A stretch of 64,000 bases of DNA from an uncultured Smithella sp. (GTDB taxonomy: Bacteria > Desulfobacterota > Syntrophia > Syntrophales > Smithellaceae). Shown piece after piece: positions 20,216 through 29,547 of the stretch (the stretch's first letter is position 1; the number at the start of each line of letters is the position of its first letter). The position numbers were made by a program, and so were the translations under genes. The stretch lies in NCBI GenBank assembly GCA_964491435.1, contig CAZBGE010000001.1, forward strand, positions 2,164-66,163, read 5' to 3'. The notes beneath the pieces are model-generated. The model saw nothing but the letters and a program-made list of their open reading frames with translations, searched no databases and was not told where the DNA came from.

Positions 20216-21496
20216 ATGAATTGTTTAAAAAAAATTATGGGGGTAACGATTTTATTTTTTCTTTTGTGCGGTTCCCTGGCGGCGGAAGTCAGAATATCTT
20301 CGCTGCCCCAGCCTCCGCCCACGGCAAAACTGCGTATTTTTGTCGTAACTGTCACGACGGAATCAAAAGCATTGATGAAGCGTCCGGTCTTTTGGCCGGT
20401 GCCGCAGGAAGAAATGGATCGAAGGCATAAGCTGTCCATCAGCGAAAGGCTGAATCGTCAGGGAATTTACGAGGTCGTTTCCCCCGAGGATGTTCAGGCT
20501 GTTCTCGGAGAGCAAACCATCGCCGGCTGGGAATGGAAATCGTGCGATTGGGCTCTGGCCAGGGCAGCGGGCAAAGCTCTGCACGCAGATTATGTCATCA
20601 TGATTGAACGAAGCAGGGTGCTTCATCTGCAGTTTGACACAAAACTGATTAATTTGAACAACGGAAAACAATTTGCGGTATCGGACTATATCCCATCAAC
20701 CATGTTGAGGCAGATGACCCGTGACCAGGGAATGCAGGCAGGCGCTGAAGTTTTCAAAATTCAGTTTCGTCAAATCTTTCAGGAAGCCAAGAGCGATTTG
20801 CTCCAAACCGCCATTCAGAAAGCAAAAGCCGCTGCAAAAGAACCTCCGCCTGCCGCCCGGCCGCCTGTGAGCTTACAGCAGACGCTTAATCATCCGGAGG
20901 GCCCTGTTGCCGTAACGTCAACAAAGGAAAAGCCGTTAGAAACTTTGCCTGCCCAAAACGATCACGCGCGAAAAACGCCGGTTAAGGCAGTTGCGTCTGA
21001 ACCCACGAATGGGGACGCTAAAATCAGCGAAAAACAACTGGCGTTTGAAAAGGAATTAGAAAAATCACTTGCGCCTGAGGATAAAAATACCGGCCGTCCG
21101 CGTCTGGTTGTTTATGATTTTGACGCTGCCGAACGGATGAAGATTGTCGGATTGATCCTGACAGAGGCTCTGCGTGAGGAATTGCACAATTCCGGGGGCT
21201 TTGTGCTGGTGAATCGGGAAAATATCCTGAAAATCATGGATGAGTATAAATTACAGCAATCCGGTCTGGTTGATGAAAAACAGGTTGTTAAAGTTGGTAA
21301 ATGGCTGGCGGCAAACGAGGCGGTGACCGGCAATCTTGCCATGCTGGGGAATACCAGTATTCTCCAGGTGAAACGAATTGATCTTCAGACGCTGGATAAC
21401 ATCGCTCTGGGCTCGCTGAAATGTCCGGCAGGCCGGGAGGATAAACTGCTCGACCGGATGCCGCAACTGGCGCGTAAATTGACGCGGAGCAAATAA
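20216..21496 (+). CDS. secreted protein with C-terminal CsgG/LpoB-like (TolB-N-like) domain
   Basis: 426 aa with an N-terminal signal peptide, a Pro/Ala/Lys-rich linker, and a C-terminal segment (RLVVYDFDA...LTEALREEL...FVLVNRENILKIMDE...QSGLVD...VTGNLAMLG) resembling periplasmic CsgG/LpoB-type modules. Confidence 0.5.
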   Translation: MNCLKKIMGVTILFFLLCGSLAAEVRISSLPQPPPTAKLRIFVVTVTTESKALMKRPVFWPVPQEEMDRRHKLSISERLNRQGIYEVVSPEDVQAVLGEQTIAGWEWKSCDWALARAAGKALHADYVIMIERSRVLHLQFDTKLINLNNGKQFAVSDYIPSTMLRQMTRDQGMQAGAEVFKIQFRQIFQEAKSDLLQTAIQKAKAAAKEPPPAARPPVSLQQTLNHPEGPVAVTSTKEKPLETLPAQNDHARKTPVKAVASEPTNGDAKISEKQLAFEKELEKSLAPEDKNTGRPRLVVYDFDAAERMKIVGLILTEALREELHNSGGFVLVNRENILKIMDEYKLQQSGLVDEKQVVKVGKWLAANEAVTGNLAMLGNTSILQVKRIDLQTLDNIALGSLKCPAGREDKLLDRMPQLARKLTRSK

Positions 21497-21527
21497 ATAA
21501 TTTTGCGGCGGCAAATCGGGGAAATTA

Positions 21528-21818
21528 TTATTTAAACAAAGCTTCGAGCTTGTCTTCGGGATTGGCGGCGGGCGCGCCTGAGTTTTCCTTAGAGTCCCGA
21601 AAAATGAAGAAATCGCAGAAATTGGAGCGATTTTTGTCGAGGACGCGCTCGGCCTGCCCCTCGCGGCAATCATTATAAGCGCTACGTTCATGAAATAAAC
21701 AGTTTTGGCAGCAGTGAAGATCGGCGCTGCAGAAAGGGCATTGCGCCTGCCTGCCGATGAACAGATCGGGAGGAATTTCTTTTTGACAATGTTGACAAAC
21801 TTTCATGGCCCCATTCAT
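21528..21818 (-). CDS. small cysteine-rich (zinc-ribbon) protein
   Basis: 96 aa with CQHC...CPFC...CCQNC...C arrays. Function unknown. Confidence 0.5.
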   Translation of the reverse strand: MNGAMKVCQHCQKEIPPDLFIGRQAQCPFCSADLHCCQNCLFHERSAYNDCREGQAERVLDKNRSNFCDFFIFRDSKENSGAPAANPEDKLEALFK

Positions 21819-21931
21819 ACAGGCTGAGCCGGACGATTGTCAAGGACGTTCATAGCCAACCTTTGCGATATTCTGTTCATAAAACGTGAAATTATAGACG
21901 GTGTATGGTATGGCTTGTTCCGGAGGTTGTT

Positions 21932-22405
21932 ATGGCGGATAAATCGAAGCTTGGTATGGAGTTTCCTCTTTATTCCATTACGGTGGAAAAAAATAAGATC
22001 GCTGAATTTGTCGCGGCTGTCGCGCAAAAAGATGACATTGAGCATATTAAAGAGATTTATCGCGATGAGAATGCGGCAAAAAACGCCGGCTTTGAAAATA
22101 TTCCCGTTCCTCCGACATTTCCGACAAGTTTTGTTTTCTGGACAGGCGGCGGCCTGATGGGCACGATCCAGGCGGTGGGCGCTGATTTGAGCAAACTGTT
22201 GCATAGCGAAGAAGAATATGAATATTACGCGCCAATCTGCGCGGGGGATGTTATTACCCGCAAAATGAAAGTTGTGGACATGTACGACCGGGGGAAAAAA
22301 GAAAGAAAAGGCTGGCATGCCCAGGTCACTGTTTTGGAAACGGAACTAATGAATCAAAAAGGGGAATTAGTGGCCAAGGTGCGCACAACGTTCATGGAAA
22401 AATAG
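21932..22405 (+). CDS. MaoC-family dehydratase, N-terminal-type hot-dog subunit
   Basis: About 157 aa starting at MADKSKLGMEF. It resembles the FAS1-like/MaoC N-terminal hot-dog domain and pairs with the next gene. Confidence 0.6.
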   Translation: MADKSKLGMEFPLYSITVEKNKIAEFVAAVAQKDDIEHIKEIYRDENAAKNAGFENIPVPPTFPTSFVFWTGGGLMGTIQAVGADLSKLLHSEEEYEYYAPICAGDVITRKMKVVDMYDRGKKERKGWHAQVTVLETELMNQKGELVAKVRTTFMEK

Positions 22406-22416
22406 GAATTCAGGTT

Positions 22417-22866
22417 ATGTCAATCAATTTCGAGGCGATTAAGATTGGAGATGCCATTCCCGCCTATACGTCCTTGCCTATTACACGAACGCAGCTGGTG
22501 CGTTATGCCGGGGCATCCGGCGATTTTAATCCCCTGCATCACGACGAGACATTTGTCAGAGCGTTGAGGATGGATAACGTCATTGCCCACGGGATGTTCA
22601 TTATGGGCATTGCGGGTGAAGCCATTACCTCCTGGATCGATAATAAATATTTGAAAAAGTTTTCCGTGCATTTCCTGAGCAAAACCGAGCCTGTGAACCT
22701 GGACGATTTTGAGAACACGCAAAAACGCGCCACGATTACGATAAGCGGAAAGGTCATCAAAAAGTATGAGGAAAACGGTGAAAAAAGAATCCATTGTGAA
22801 ATTATCGCTCAGGATGCATTGGGCAGCCGCAAGCTTTCAGGATTTTTCATCGCGTCGCTGCCTTGA
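22417..22866 (+). CDS. MaoC-like (R)-specific enoyl-CoA hydratase hot-dog subunit
   Basis: 149 aa with the YAGASGDFNPLHHDE hydratase motif. Confidence 0.75.
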   Translation: MSINFEAIKIGDAIPAYTSLPITRTQLVRYAGASGDFNPLHHDETFVRALRMDNVIAHGMFIMGIAGEAITSWIDNKYLKKFSVHFLSKTEPVNLDDFENTQKRATITISGKVIKKYEENGEKRIHCEIIAQDALGSRKLSGFFIASLP

Positions 22867-22899
22867 AAATGTTTCTTTACGGATTACATCAGGAATTTT

Positions 22900-24231
22900 A
22901 TGAGAGCCCGCATACTGGTTATTGATGATGACGCCGTCGCATGTGAATTTCTCCAGGAAGTTCTGCAGCGCGACGGCTATGATGTTGCCGCGCATACATC
23001 CGCTCAGAACGCTCTTGAACAAAACCTGTCCGAATACGATTTGCTCATGTCTGATATTCGCATGCCCGGCATGGACGGTCTGCAATTTTTAAGCGAAGTG
23101 CAAAAAAAATGGCCGAATCTGCCTGTCATCCTGATGACCGCTTACGGTTCTCTGGAAACCACCATGGAGGCGATCAGAATGGGCGCCTGGGATTATATCA
23201 GCAAACCCTTTTCACCCGAAGATTGCCGCGCGCTTGTGAAAAAAGTTCTGGAGGTGCGCGAGTTACGCGAGCGGCGGTCGGATGGGCCGCTTGTCGCCAT
23301 TGAAGAAGCGAAGCTGATTGGGTCCTCGCCGACGATGGTTGAGTTTTACAAACAAATCGCCCGGGTCGCGGATTCTCAGGCCAGTGTGCTCATCGAAGGC
23401 GAAAGCGGCACCGGCAAGGAACTGACGGCAAGGTCGCTTCATTCCATGTCGTTACGCCGTCAGAAACCTTTTGTAGTGGTGCATTGCGGCGCCATTCCTG
23501 ATAATTTACTTGAATCGGAACTGTTTGGCTATGAAAGAGGATCTTTTACCGGTGCGGATCATCAGCATATTGGCCTCATTGAATCCGCGCAGGACGGCAC
23601 TATCTTTCTGGATGAAATTACGGAAATGTCCACAGCGCTGCAAAGCAAACTTCTAAGATTTATGCAGGACGGCGAAGTGCGCAGAATTGGCGGACATGAT
23701 GTGCGCCATGTCGCGGTTCGCGTGGTTGCGGCTTCCAATAAAAATATCGATGAGGAAGTCGAATCCGGATGTTTTCGTCTCGATTTGCTCTATCGTTTTA
23801 TTGTACGGTTGCGTATTCCTCCTTTGCGGGAACGCCGGGCGGATATTCCGCTGTTGATTGAAGCCATGTTAAAGAAATTGGGCTATGACGGAGTGCGTGT
23901 TTCGATGGAAGCCATGGAATGCCTCATGGCTTATGACTGGCCGGGCAATGTGCGCGAACTGGAAAATGTTCTGCAACAGACCCTGCTGCTTTCTCCTTTT
24001 GTCATCCTTTTACCGGAAAATCTGCCGGACCGGTTCCGGCAAAAGGCGGAAACAAAGAGGAGCATCGGCGCGCCGGAGATGACGCCCCTGGAGGAAGCGC
24101 AAAAGAAGCAAATTCTTCAGACCCTTAAAGAAACATCGTGGAATCAATCGAAAGCCGCTGAAATATTAGGTATTGACCGTAAAACCTTGCGCATGAAAAT
24201 TCGCCGCTATGGTTTGGCGGACGATAAATAA
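22900..24231 (+). CDS. sigma-54-dependent response regulator (NtrC family)
   Basis: Receiver domain (ILVIDDD...DLLMSDIRMPGMDG), an AAA+ sigma-54 interaction domain (GESGTGKE, GAFTGA-like ERGSFTGA, ESELFGY) and a C-terminal Fis-type HTH. Confidence 0.92.
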   Translation: MRARILVIDDDAVACEFLQEVLQRDGYDVAAHTSAQNALEQNLSEYDLLMSDIRMPGMDGLQFLSEVQKKWPNLPVILMTAYGSLETTMEAIRMGAWDYISKPFSPEDCRALVKKVLEVRELRERRSDGPLVAIEEAKLIGSSPTMVEFYKQIARVADSQASVLIEGESGTGKELTARSLHSMSLRRQKPFVVVHCGAIPDNLLESELFGYERGSFTGADHQHIGLIESAQDGTIFLDEITEMSTALQSKLLRFMQDGEVRRIGGHDVRHVAVRVVAASNKNIDEEVESGCFRLDLLYRFIVRLRIPPLRERRADIPLLIEAMLKKLGYDGVRVSMEAMECLMAYDWPGNVRELENVLQQTLLLSPFVILLPENLPDRFRQKAETKRSIGAPEMTPLEEAQKKQILQTLKETSWNQSKAAEILGIDRKTLRMKIRRYGLADDK

Positions 24232-25787
24232 TCAAAGTTGTTTTCCTCAGGAACATGATCAGACATTCGTAAACTGAGCATGACGGAAGTTCCCAGACCG
24301 GGCGTGCTTTGCATGTCCATCCGTCCGCCGTGCGTTTTGACGATATCCCGAACGATAGCCAGTCCCAGACCACGCATTCCTTCATCTTTATGGGAGCTGA
24401 AAAACGGTTCGCAGACTTTTTTCAGGAGTTCAGCTTCTATGCCCGACCCATTATCTGTAATCAAAATTTTGATGATTTTCGCCACCCGGTCATCTTCGGC
24501 GGAGATGTTGATTTTACCGCCCTCCGGCATGGCGTCGATGGAATTTTGAATAATATTCAAGAGCGCTGTTTGAATCCGGTAGCGATCAACATATAAAGAG
24601 GCGTTAGACTGGCCGATGTGCGCATCAATGCTCACATGATTCTTTTTCGTCAAAGGTTCGACAAGCGGCAGTGTTTCGCTTAATATTTTATGCACGGTCA
24701 TCAGTTCGAAATGAGGTTCCGGAAGCCGCGTGGCTTTGCGAACATTTTGAATGACGTTATCCAGTCTTTGTGTCTGTTGGACAATCAAATTCAGCTTGTG
24801 CGCAACGTCCGGCGGCCAGCCTTCGCGTTCCAGCATCAATTTGGCAAGTCCCGCAATGGAATGAAGAGGCGTACCCAGGTCATGAGCCAGGTTGGCTGTT
24901 AAATGTCCCAGGGCGGTTAATTGTTTCAGATCATCAACCTGTTTTTGAAGTTGAACGACATTGAGCGTTTCTTCTCGGACGCGATCTTCCAAATGTCTGG
25001 TCAATTCCAGATTCCGCGACATGACACTTTGAATTTCATCGGCCATTTCATTGAAGTGGCAGGCCAGCTGTCCCCATTCATCTTTTCGCATGATGGGTAT
25101 CCGTTCAATGTAGCGACCGCCTTGAAATTCATCAATCGTTTGAATAATCATTTTGAGCGGTCTGCCAATCATCCAGCCGTAGCTGATTCCCAACAGTAAA
25201 AGGATAGCCAATAACAGTCCGGCGCTGCTGAAAAAAAGTAATTGCCGGGCGCGGCTTAAAATTTCTGCGTTTGACCGCGAAAAAGCGATAATGCCGACAA
25301 TGATACGTGAATCTCTGGTTTCTCCGGAAACAGGGTAAAGCAGACCCAACGATGGACCCGCCTCCGTATCCAGTTTGAGATAACGGGATTGTCCTTTGGC
25401 GCTGACTTCGGCCACAATATTATCCGGCCATTCGTACTGAACGCGGCTGGCGCCTGCGACATAGTTTACCTGGTTGCGCCGCGTGTCGAAAATATCGATC
25501 CTGGCCAGACGTACATCCGTATGGATGTGATCTTTCAATGCGGAATCAAGGGTGGCAATGCCTCGTTTGGTCGGAAAGTGCTGGTAAAATGTGCTGACGG
25601 TTTCTGCGACACCTTCCAGTCTTTTAACTTGTTGTTCGATCAGGATTCTATCCAGGGCGTTCAGATGGATTACTCCCCAGATGGCCATGGTCACCGCCAA
25701 GCCTGCTACCGTCAGAGCAACCAGCCTGAACCGGACGGTCAAATTACTGTTGTAATCAATGATTTTTGCCAGTGCATCTTTTAACAT
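24207..25787 (-). CDS. sensor histidine kinase (TM-periplasmic-HAMP-HisKA-HATPase)
   Basis: 526 aa with two TM segments, a HAMP region, the H-box LTANLAHDLGTPL, and the N/G boxes NIIQNSIDAM, DNGSGI and GLGLAI. Confidence 0.9.
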   Translation of the reverse strand: MLKDALAKIIDYNSNLTVRFRLVALTVAGLAVTMAIWGVIHLNALDRILIEQQVKRLEGVAETVSTFYQHFPTKRGIATLDSALKDHIHTDVRLARIDIFDTRRNQVNYVAGASRVQYEWPDNIVAEVSAKGQSRYLKLDTEAGPSLGLLYPVSGETRDSRIIVGIIAFSRSNAEILSRARQLLFFSSAGLLLAILLLLGISYGWMIGRPLKMIIQTIDEFQGGRYIERIPIMRKDEWGQLACHFNEMADEIQSVMSRNLELTRHLEDRVREETLNVVQLQKQVDDLKQLTALGHLTANLAHDLGTPLHSIAGLAKLMLEREGWPPDVAHKLNLIVQQTQRLDNVIQNVRKATRLPEPHFELMTVHKILSETLPLVEPLTKKNHVSIDAHIGQSNASLYVDRYRIQTALLNIIQNSIDAMPEGGKINISAEDDRVAKIIKILITDNGSGIEAELLKKVCEPFFSSHKDEGMRGLGLAIVRDIVKTHGGRMDMQSTPGLGTSVMLSLRMSDHVPEENNFDYLSSAKP

Positions 25788-25922
25788 GGGGAAAAGTTAT
25801 AACAGAAACAGGGGAAATTAACCACGACGACTTTCTGAGAATCAGATTGATATATTCAAGGTACAACAAGAAAAAGGGTGAGTTTTCACCCACCCTTTTT
25901 GAATTGCATACGTTAAGAAAAC

Positions 25923-26186
25923 TTATTTTGCCGCCGGAGCTGCCGGAGCTTCTTCAGCCTTCTTCTCATCCTTCTTGTCGGCCTTCTTTGCCTTCTTTGC
26001 CTTCTTTGCCTTCTTTGCCTTCTTCTCAGCCTTCTTGTCGTCAGCCTTCTTGTCGGCATCCGGCGTTGCTTTGTCAGCGGCTACGGCCTTATCGGCGGGT
26101 GCGGGTGCTGCTGCTTTGTCAGCCGCGACTGCGGACATGGTCAATGCGAAAACAAATGCTACAACTAACAATACTACACGCTTCAT
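25923..26186 (-). CDS. small secreted Lys/Ala-rich low-complexity protein
   Basis: 87 aa. AGGAGG RBS 8 nt upstream. Signal peptide MKRVVLLVVAFVFALTMSAVA, then an A/K/D/P-rich region including (KKA)n. Confidence 0.6.
   Translation of the reverse strand: MKRVVLLVVAFVFALTMSAVAADKAAAPAPADKAVAADKATPDADKKADDKKAEKKAKKAKKAKKAKKADKKDEKKAEEAPAAPAAK
25981..26025. repeat. 9-bp tandem repeat (GCCTTCTTT x4 plus one imperfect copy)
   Basis: Direct reading of 25981-26025. On the - strand it encodes the KKAKKAKKAKKA tract. The related motif AGCCTTCTTGTCG recurs nearby. Confidence 0.85.
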
Positions 26187-26263
26187 CTTAAAATCCTCCT
26201 TGTTAATGGTTTTGAATTACCCTTAAATTAAGGGACTCCACCGATAGAAAGGCATCGTACGCA

Positions 26264-26662
26264 TCACTTCGCGGCTGATGCCGGTTTCTCTTTTGTCTGC
26301 TTTGTTCCGCTTTTACCGGGATGCTTCCTTGACCCGGACTTAACCACTCTAGACGCCGTTAACTTCCCGTCTTTGACACTGTAAACAATTTTTACGTAAT
26401 CATTTACTACAACATCCTGCGCCGGATTTTCCAGCGTGAACTCCATAATCTCCACATTGTCTTTAATACTTCGTTCGATCTTGACGGCTGTATCGGAAAT
26501 TTCTACTACTTTTCCTCTGGCGTTCATTTTGGCCATTTTGACATTGGCCGTTTTTAATACAGACTTTTGGTTTATCTCAGTTGCAGGTTTGTCATTGGCA
26601 TAACTCAATACAGCCAAAAGAAGACAGCATACACCTGCTATGCAAACCAAAGTTCTTTTCAT
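26264..26662 (-). CDS. small secreted protein of unknown function
   Basis: 132 aa with signal peptide MKRTLVCIAGVCCLLLAVLSYA, a GGGAGA RBS, and a Lys-rich C-terminal tail. Confidence 0.6.
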   Translation of the reverse strand: MKRTLVCIAGVCCLLLAVLSYANDKPATEINQKSVLKTANVKMAKMNARGKVVEISDTAVKIERSIKDNVEIMEFTLENPAQDVVVNDYVKIVYSVKDGKLTASRVVKSGSRKHPGKSGTKQTKEKPASAAK

Positions 26663-26699
26663 TTAACAGTGATCTCCCGATCATTTCTGCTTTTTTCAT

Positions 26700-26715
26700 A
26701 GCAATTGCCATGCCA
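26700..26715 (-). promoter_or_regulatory. sigma-54 (-24/-12) promoter
   Basis: The - strand reads TGGCATGGCAATTGCT, matching TGGCAC-N5-TTGCW with correct GG/GC spacing. It lies 37 nt upstream of the ATG at 26662. Confidence 0.6.
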
Positions 26716-26879
26716 GCTTCAGACTTAACCTTGCCGGTTTTCTACATGCCTGTAATTATGCATGAATATTTTTTACAGTGATTTCTCCGCTTTATTTATC
26801 GCCGACTGAAAGGGGAATAATTCCCCAGCCAATTGAGAAAAAATGCATCCATCGTAAAAAACTGTTCAGGGTCATGAAA

Positions 26880-27983
26880 TCAAGTTAAACGGCGGTAAAC
26901 CCAGCAATGCAGATAGAAGAAAAAAGCTTCCCGTCCGCCCAGACCCAGAAGTTTTTTGGCAATGGCGCGGACGTCCTTTTGTTTTGAGACTTTGTTGTCG
27001 GCCAGGTAAATACTCAGAAGTCCGCTGATGATTAAACGGTGAAAGCCCGTGTCTGGCAGATTCGCAACGCTTGCTTGCGCCTGACGATAGAAATGACTGA
27101 TCCGGCAAGACAGCTGTTTGCTGTTTTCATAATACGAGCAAAAGTTTAAATCTGCACTGTTGCGGTCTTCTTCCTGATCGATCAGATAATCCAAAAGGAT
27201 ATGAAGTCCCTGAACCCAGGGAAAGTAGGCTTTCTTGATTTCACCGGCCAGTCTGTCCGAGGTTGCCGGATTGAACAGTTGCGAAACGATGCAGAAAATC
27301 CCCAGCGTCGAACCGGCGCAGGCGGCAAATTCATACCACGCCATTTCCGGCAGGTCTTTTTTGTATCCGTCAAACCACGCCTGCAGGCGCGGCAGGCGTT
27401 CCGCCCTGCACACATGCTTGTGGACCTGTAAATCAATATAGATGCCTGCCAGTTCCCGCAAGGCCGGTTTGCCCAGTTGATAGTTGGCAAGACGACTCAG
27501 GACGGCCCTGCAGCTTTGCACCAGCGCGGCGAGATAACCGCCGTCGTCCTGTTCGCGCCGGAAACGGTAGTAAGCGCCCAGCGGCGCTTCCGGCGTCAGG
27601 GCATGCAGCATGGCTTCGTGCAGCGCGCGGAAATCTTCCGGGTCCTGCGATGTGCTGCGATCGCAGAGATTATCGAGATAATCGCTGATAGTTTGATAGG
27701 CGACAATAAAGGAAATGGCTTCCTGATAATGCGCGCCGGCAAGCAATCCGTAAAGAGAGCCGCCTTCACAGTGAAATGTTTTCGTGGCCATGCTGGCCAG
27801 AGCCTGTCGGCGTAATTCCGGATCGGGAATATTTTGCGCCCGCGCCTTCCATTGCAGCAGGCAGGAATACGTTACCGGCTGAACTTTCAGGAACATGGCA
27901 GTTGTCAGCGATATGAAATTGGTCGGCACCCGCAAAATCCTGCTCCTGATGTATTGAGTATTGAGTGCGCAATTCTTTAGCAC
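26880..27983 (-). CDS. DUF2600 family protein (tetraprenyl-beta-curcumene synthase YtpB homologue)
   Basis: 367 aa with conserved blocks TFHCEGGS, FIVAYQTISDYLDNLCDRS, DPEDFRALHEAM, DLQVHKHV and LHILLDYLIDQEEDR, which I recognise from the YtpB/DUF2600 family. Confidence 0.7.
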   Translation of the reverse strand: MLKNCALNTQYIRSRILRVPTNFISLTTAMFLKVQPVTYSCLLQWKARAQNIPDPELRRQALASMATKTFHCEGGSLYGLLAGAHYQEAISFIVAYQTISDYLDNLCDRSTSQDPEDFRALHEAMLHALTPEAPLGAYYRFRREQDDGGYLAALVQSCRAVLSRLANYQLGKPALRELAGIYIDLQVHKHVCRAERLPRLQAWFDGYKKDLPEMAWYEFAACAGSTLGIFCIVSQLFNPATSDRLAGEIKKAYFPWVQGLHILLDYLIDQEEDRNSADLNFCSYYENSKQLSCRISHFYRQAQASVANLPDTGFHRLIISGLLSIYLADNKVSKQKDVRAIAKKLLGLGGREAFFFYLHCWVYRRLT

Positions 27984-28076
27984 AGGCAGGCGCGTATCAC
28001 AAGACCGGACTCACGGAATATTTGACCGGTCTTATGGAACTATGATAGCGTCTTTACCTGATGGTGCGAAGCGACG

Positions 28077-29426
28077 ATGAAAAATGAAACGAACAGGCAG
28101 GCCGGCGTGATCGTCATCGGCGGCGGTGCGGCGGGGCTGATGGCTGCCGGACGCGCGGCCCAGAAAGGCGCCCGCGTGTTGCTGCTGGAAAAAATGAACG
28201 GTCCGGGCAAGAAGATTCTGGTCAGCGGCAAGACACGCTGCAATCTGACCAACACCGCCGAGCTCAAAGCATTTATTGCCATGTACGGTCAAAACGGCCG
28301 TTTTCTCTACAGCGCGTTTTCGCGCTTCTTCCGTCCGGAACTGCTTGCCTTTTTTGAACAATATGGTCTGATTACCAAAGTGGAACGGGGCGGCAGGATT
28401 TTTCCCGTCTCCGACAATGCCCGTGATGTCGTGCGCGTATTTCATAAATATCTGTCCGACAATGGCGTGCGCGCCATGAGCAATGCCCCGGTTAACGCCG
28501 TGACTCTTGAGAACAACTCACGATTCACCGTTCAAACCCCCCGCGGTAATTATCCCGCCCCGGCCGTCATTATCGCCACCGGCGGCGCTTCCTGGCCGGG
28601 GACCGGTTCGACGGGTGACGGGTATGCCATCAGTGCGGCGCTGGGACATACCATCGTGACGCCAAGACCGGCGCTTGTTCCCCTGATTGTGCGCGAGCAG
28701 GAATTTGCCCATGCCATGCAGGGAGTATCTTTGCACAATGTTCGCGTCAGCGCGTTTCAGGGGGAAGCCGCAACCGTGGATGCGGCGCTGATTCCCTCCT
28801 CCGACTATGGCCGCGGTGAAAAGAAACAGTCCCGGCTGCCGCTTATTGAAAGCCGCTTCGGTGAAATGCTCTTTACTCATTTCGGCCTGGGCGGACCAGT
28901 CATTCTGCTCATGAGCCTGGCGGTGGTCAAGGCTCTGGAGACCTGCGCCGTATCGATCCTCATTGATTTAAAGCCCGCCCTGACAAAAGAGCAGCTGAGA
29001 AAACGGCTGCAAGCGGATTTTAACCATTTCAGCAAAAAAAAGATTGCCGGCATCCTGAAGGAATATCTGCCGGCTAAAATGATTGCGCCTTTCGCTGGTC
29101 TTACCGGGATTGCCGAAGACAAGCAGGCGCACCAGGTAAGCGCCGTTGAACGTGAAAAGATCGTGGATTTGCTCAAAGCGCTGCGTTTCAATATCAAATC
29201 CCCTCTGCCGCTGGACAAGGCGATTGTGACGGCGGGCGGCATCGCCCTCGACGAAATTGACCCGCGCACGATGGAGTCGAAAATTATTCCCGGCCTTTAT
29301 TTCTGCGGCGAGGTTATGGATATCGACGCGGACACGGGCGGGTATAATTTGCAGGCCGCATTCTCCACTGGTTTTGTGGCGGGAGAGAGCGCCGCGCGTT
29401 TTGTCCATGCACGGGTGCGCGCGTAA
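28077..29426 (+). CDS. HI0933/YhiN-family NAD(P)/FAD-dependent flavoprotein
   Basis: 449 aa with the N-terminal dinucleotide fold VIVIGGGAAGLMAAGRAA and the C-terminal GLYFCGEVMDIDADTGGYNLQAAFSTG motif typical of this family. Confidence 0.8.
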   Translation: MKNETNRQAGVIVIGGGAAGLMAAGRAAQKGARVLLLEKMNGPGKKILVSGKTRCNLTNTAELKAFIAMYGQNGRFLYSAFSRFFRPELLAFFEQYGLITKVERGGRIFPVSDNARDVVRVFHKYLSDNGVRAMSNAPVNAVTLENNSRFTVQTPRGNYPAPAVIIATGGASWPGTGSTGDGYAISAALGHTIVTPRPALVPLIVREQEFAHAMQGVSLHNVRVSAFQGEAATVDAALIPSSDYGRGEKKQSRLPLIESRFGEMLFTHFGLGGPVILLMSLAVVKALETCAVSILIDLKPALTKEQLRKRLQADFNHFSKKKIAGILKEYLPAKMIAPFAGLTGIAEDKQAHQVSAVEREKIVDLLKALRFNIKSPLPLDKAIVTAGGIALDEIDPRTMESKIIPGLYFCGEVMDIDADTGGYNLQAAFSTGFVAGESAARFVHARVRA

Positions 29427-29547
29427 AATTACGTCATCATCCGGAGCCGTCATTTTCCTAAAATATTTCTTTGACACATTGGAACCTTCTTCATATACTG
29501 CCCGCAAAGAATGAATACGACAGGTTCATCATGGGGGGAGGCGCTTT

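Noticed and set aside
25975-26226. + strand 83 aa ORF (FAFFAFFAFF...) opposite the Lys/Ala-rich gene
   Set aside because: It is the reverse-frame reading of the same tandem repeat and lacks an RBS. The - strand ORF has an AGGAGG RBS and a canonical signal peptide.
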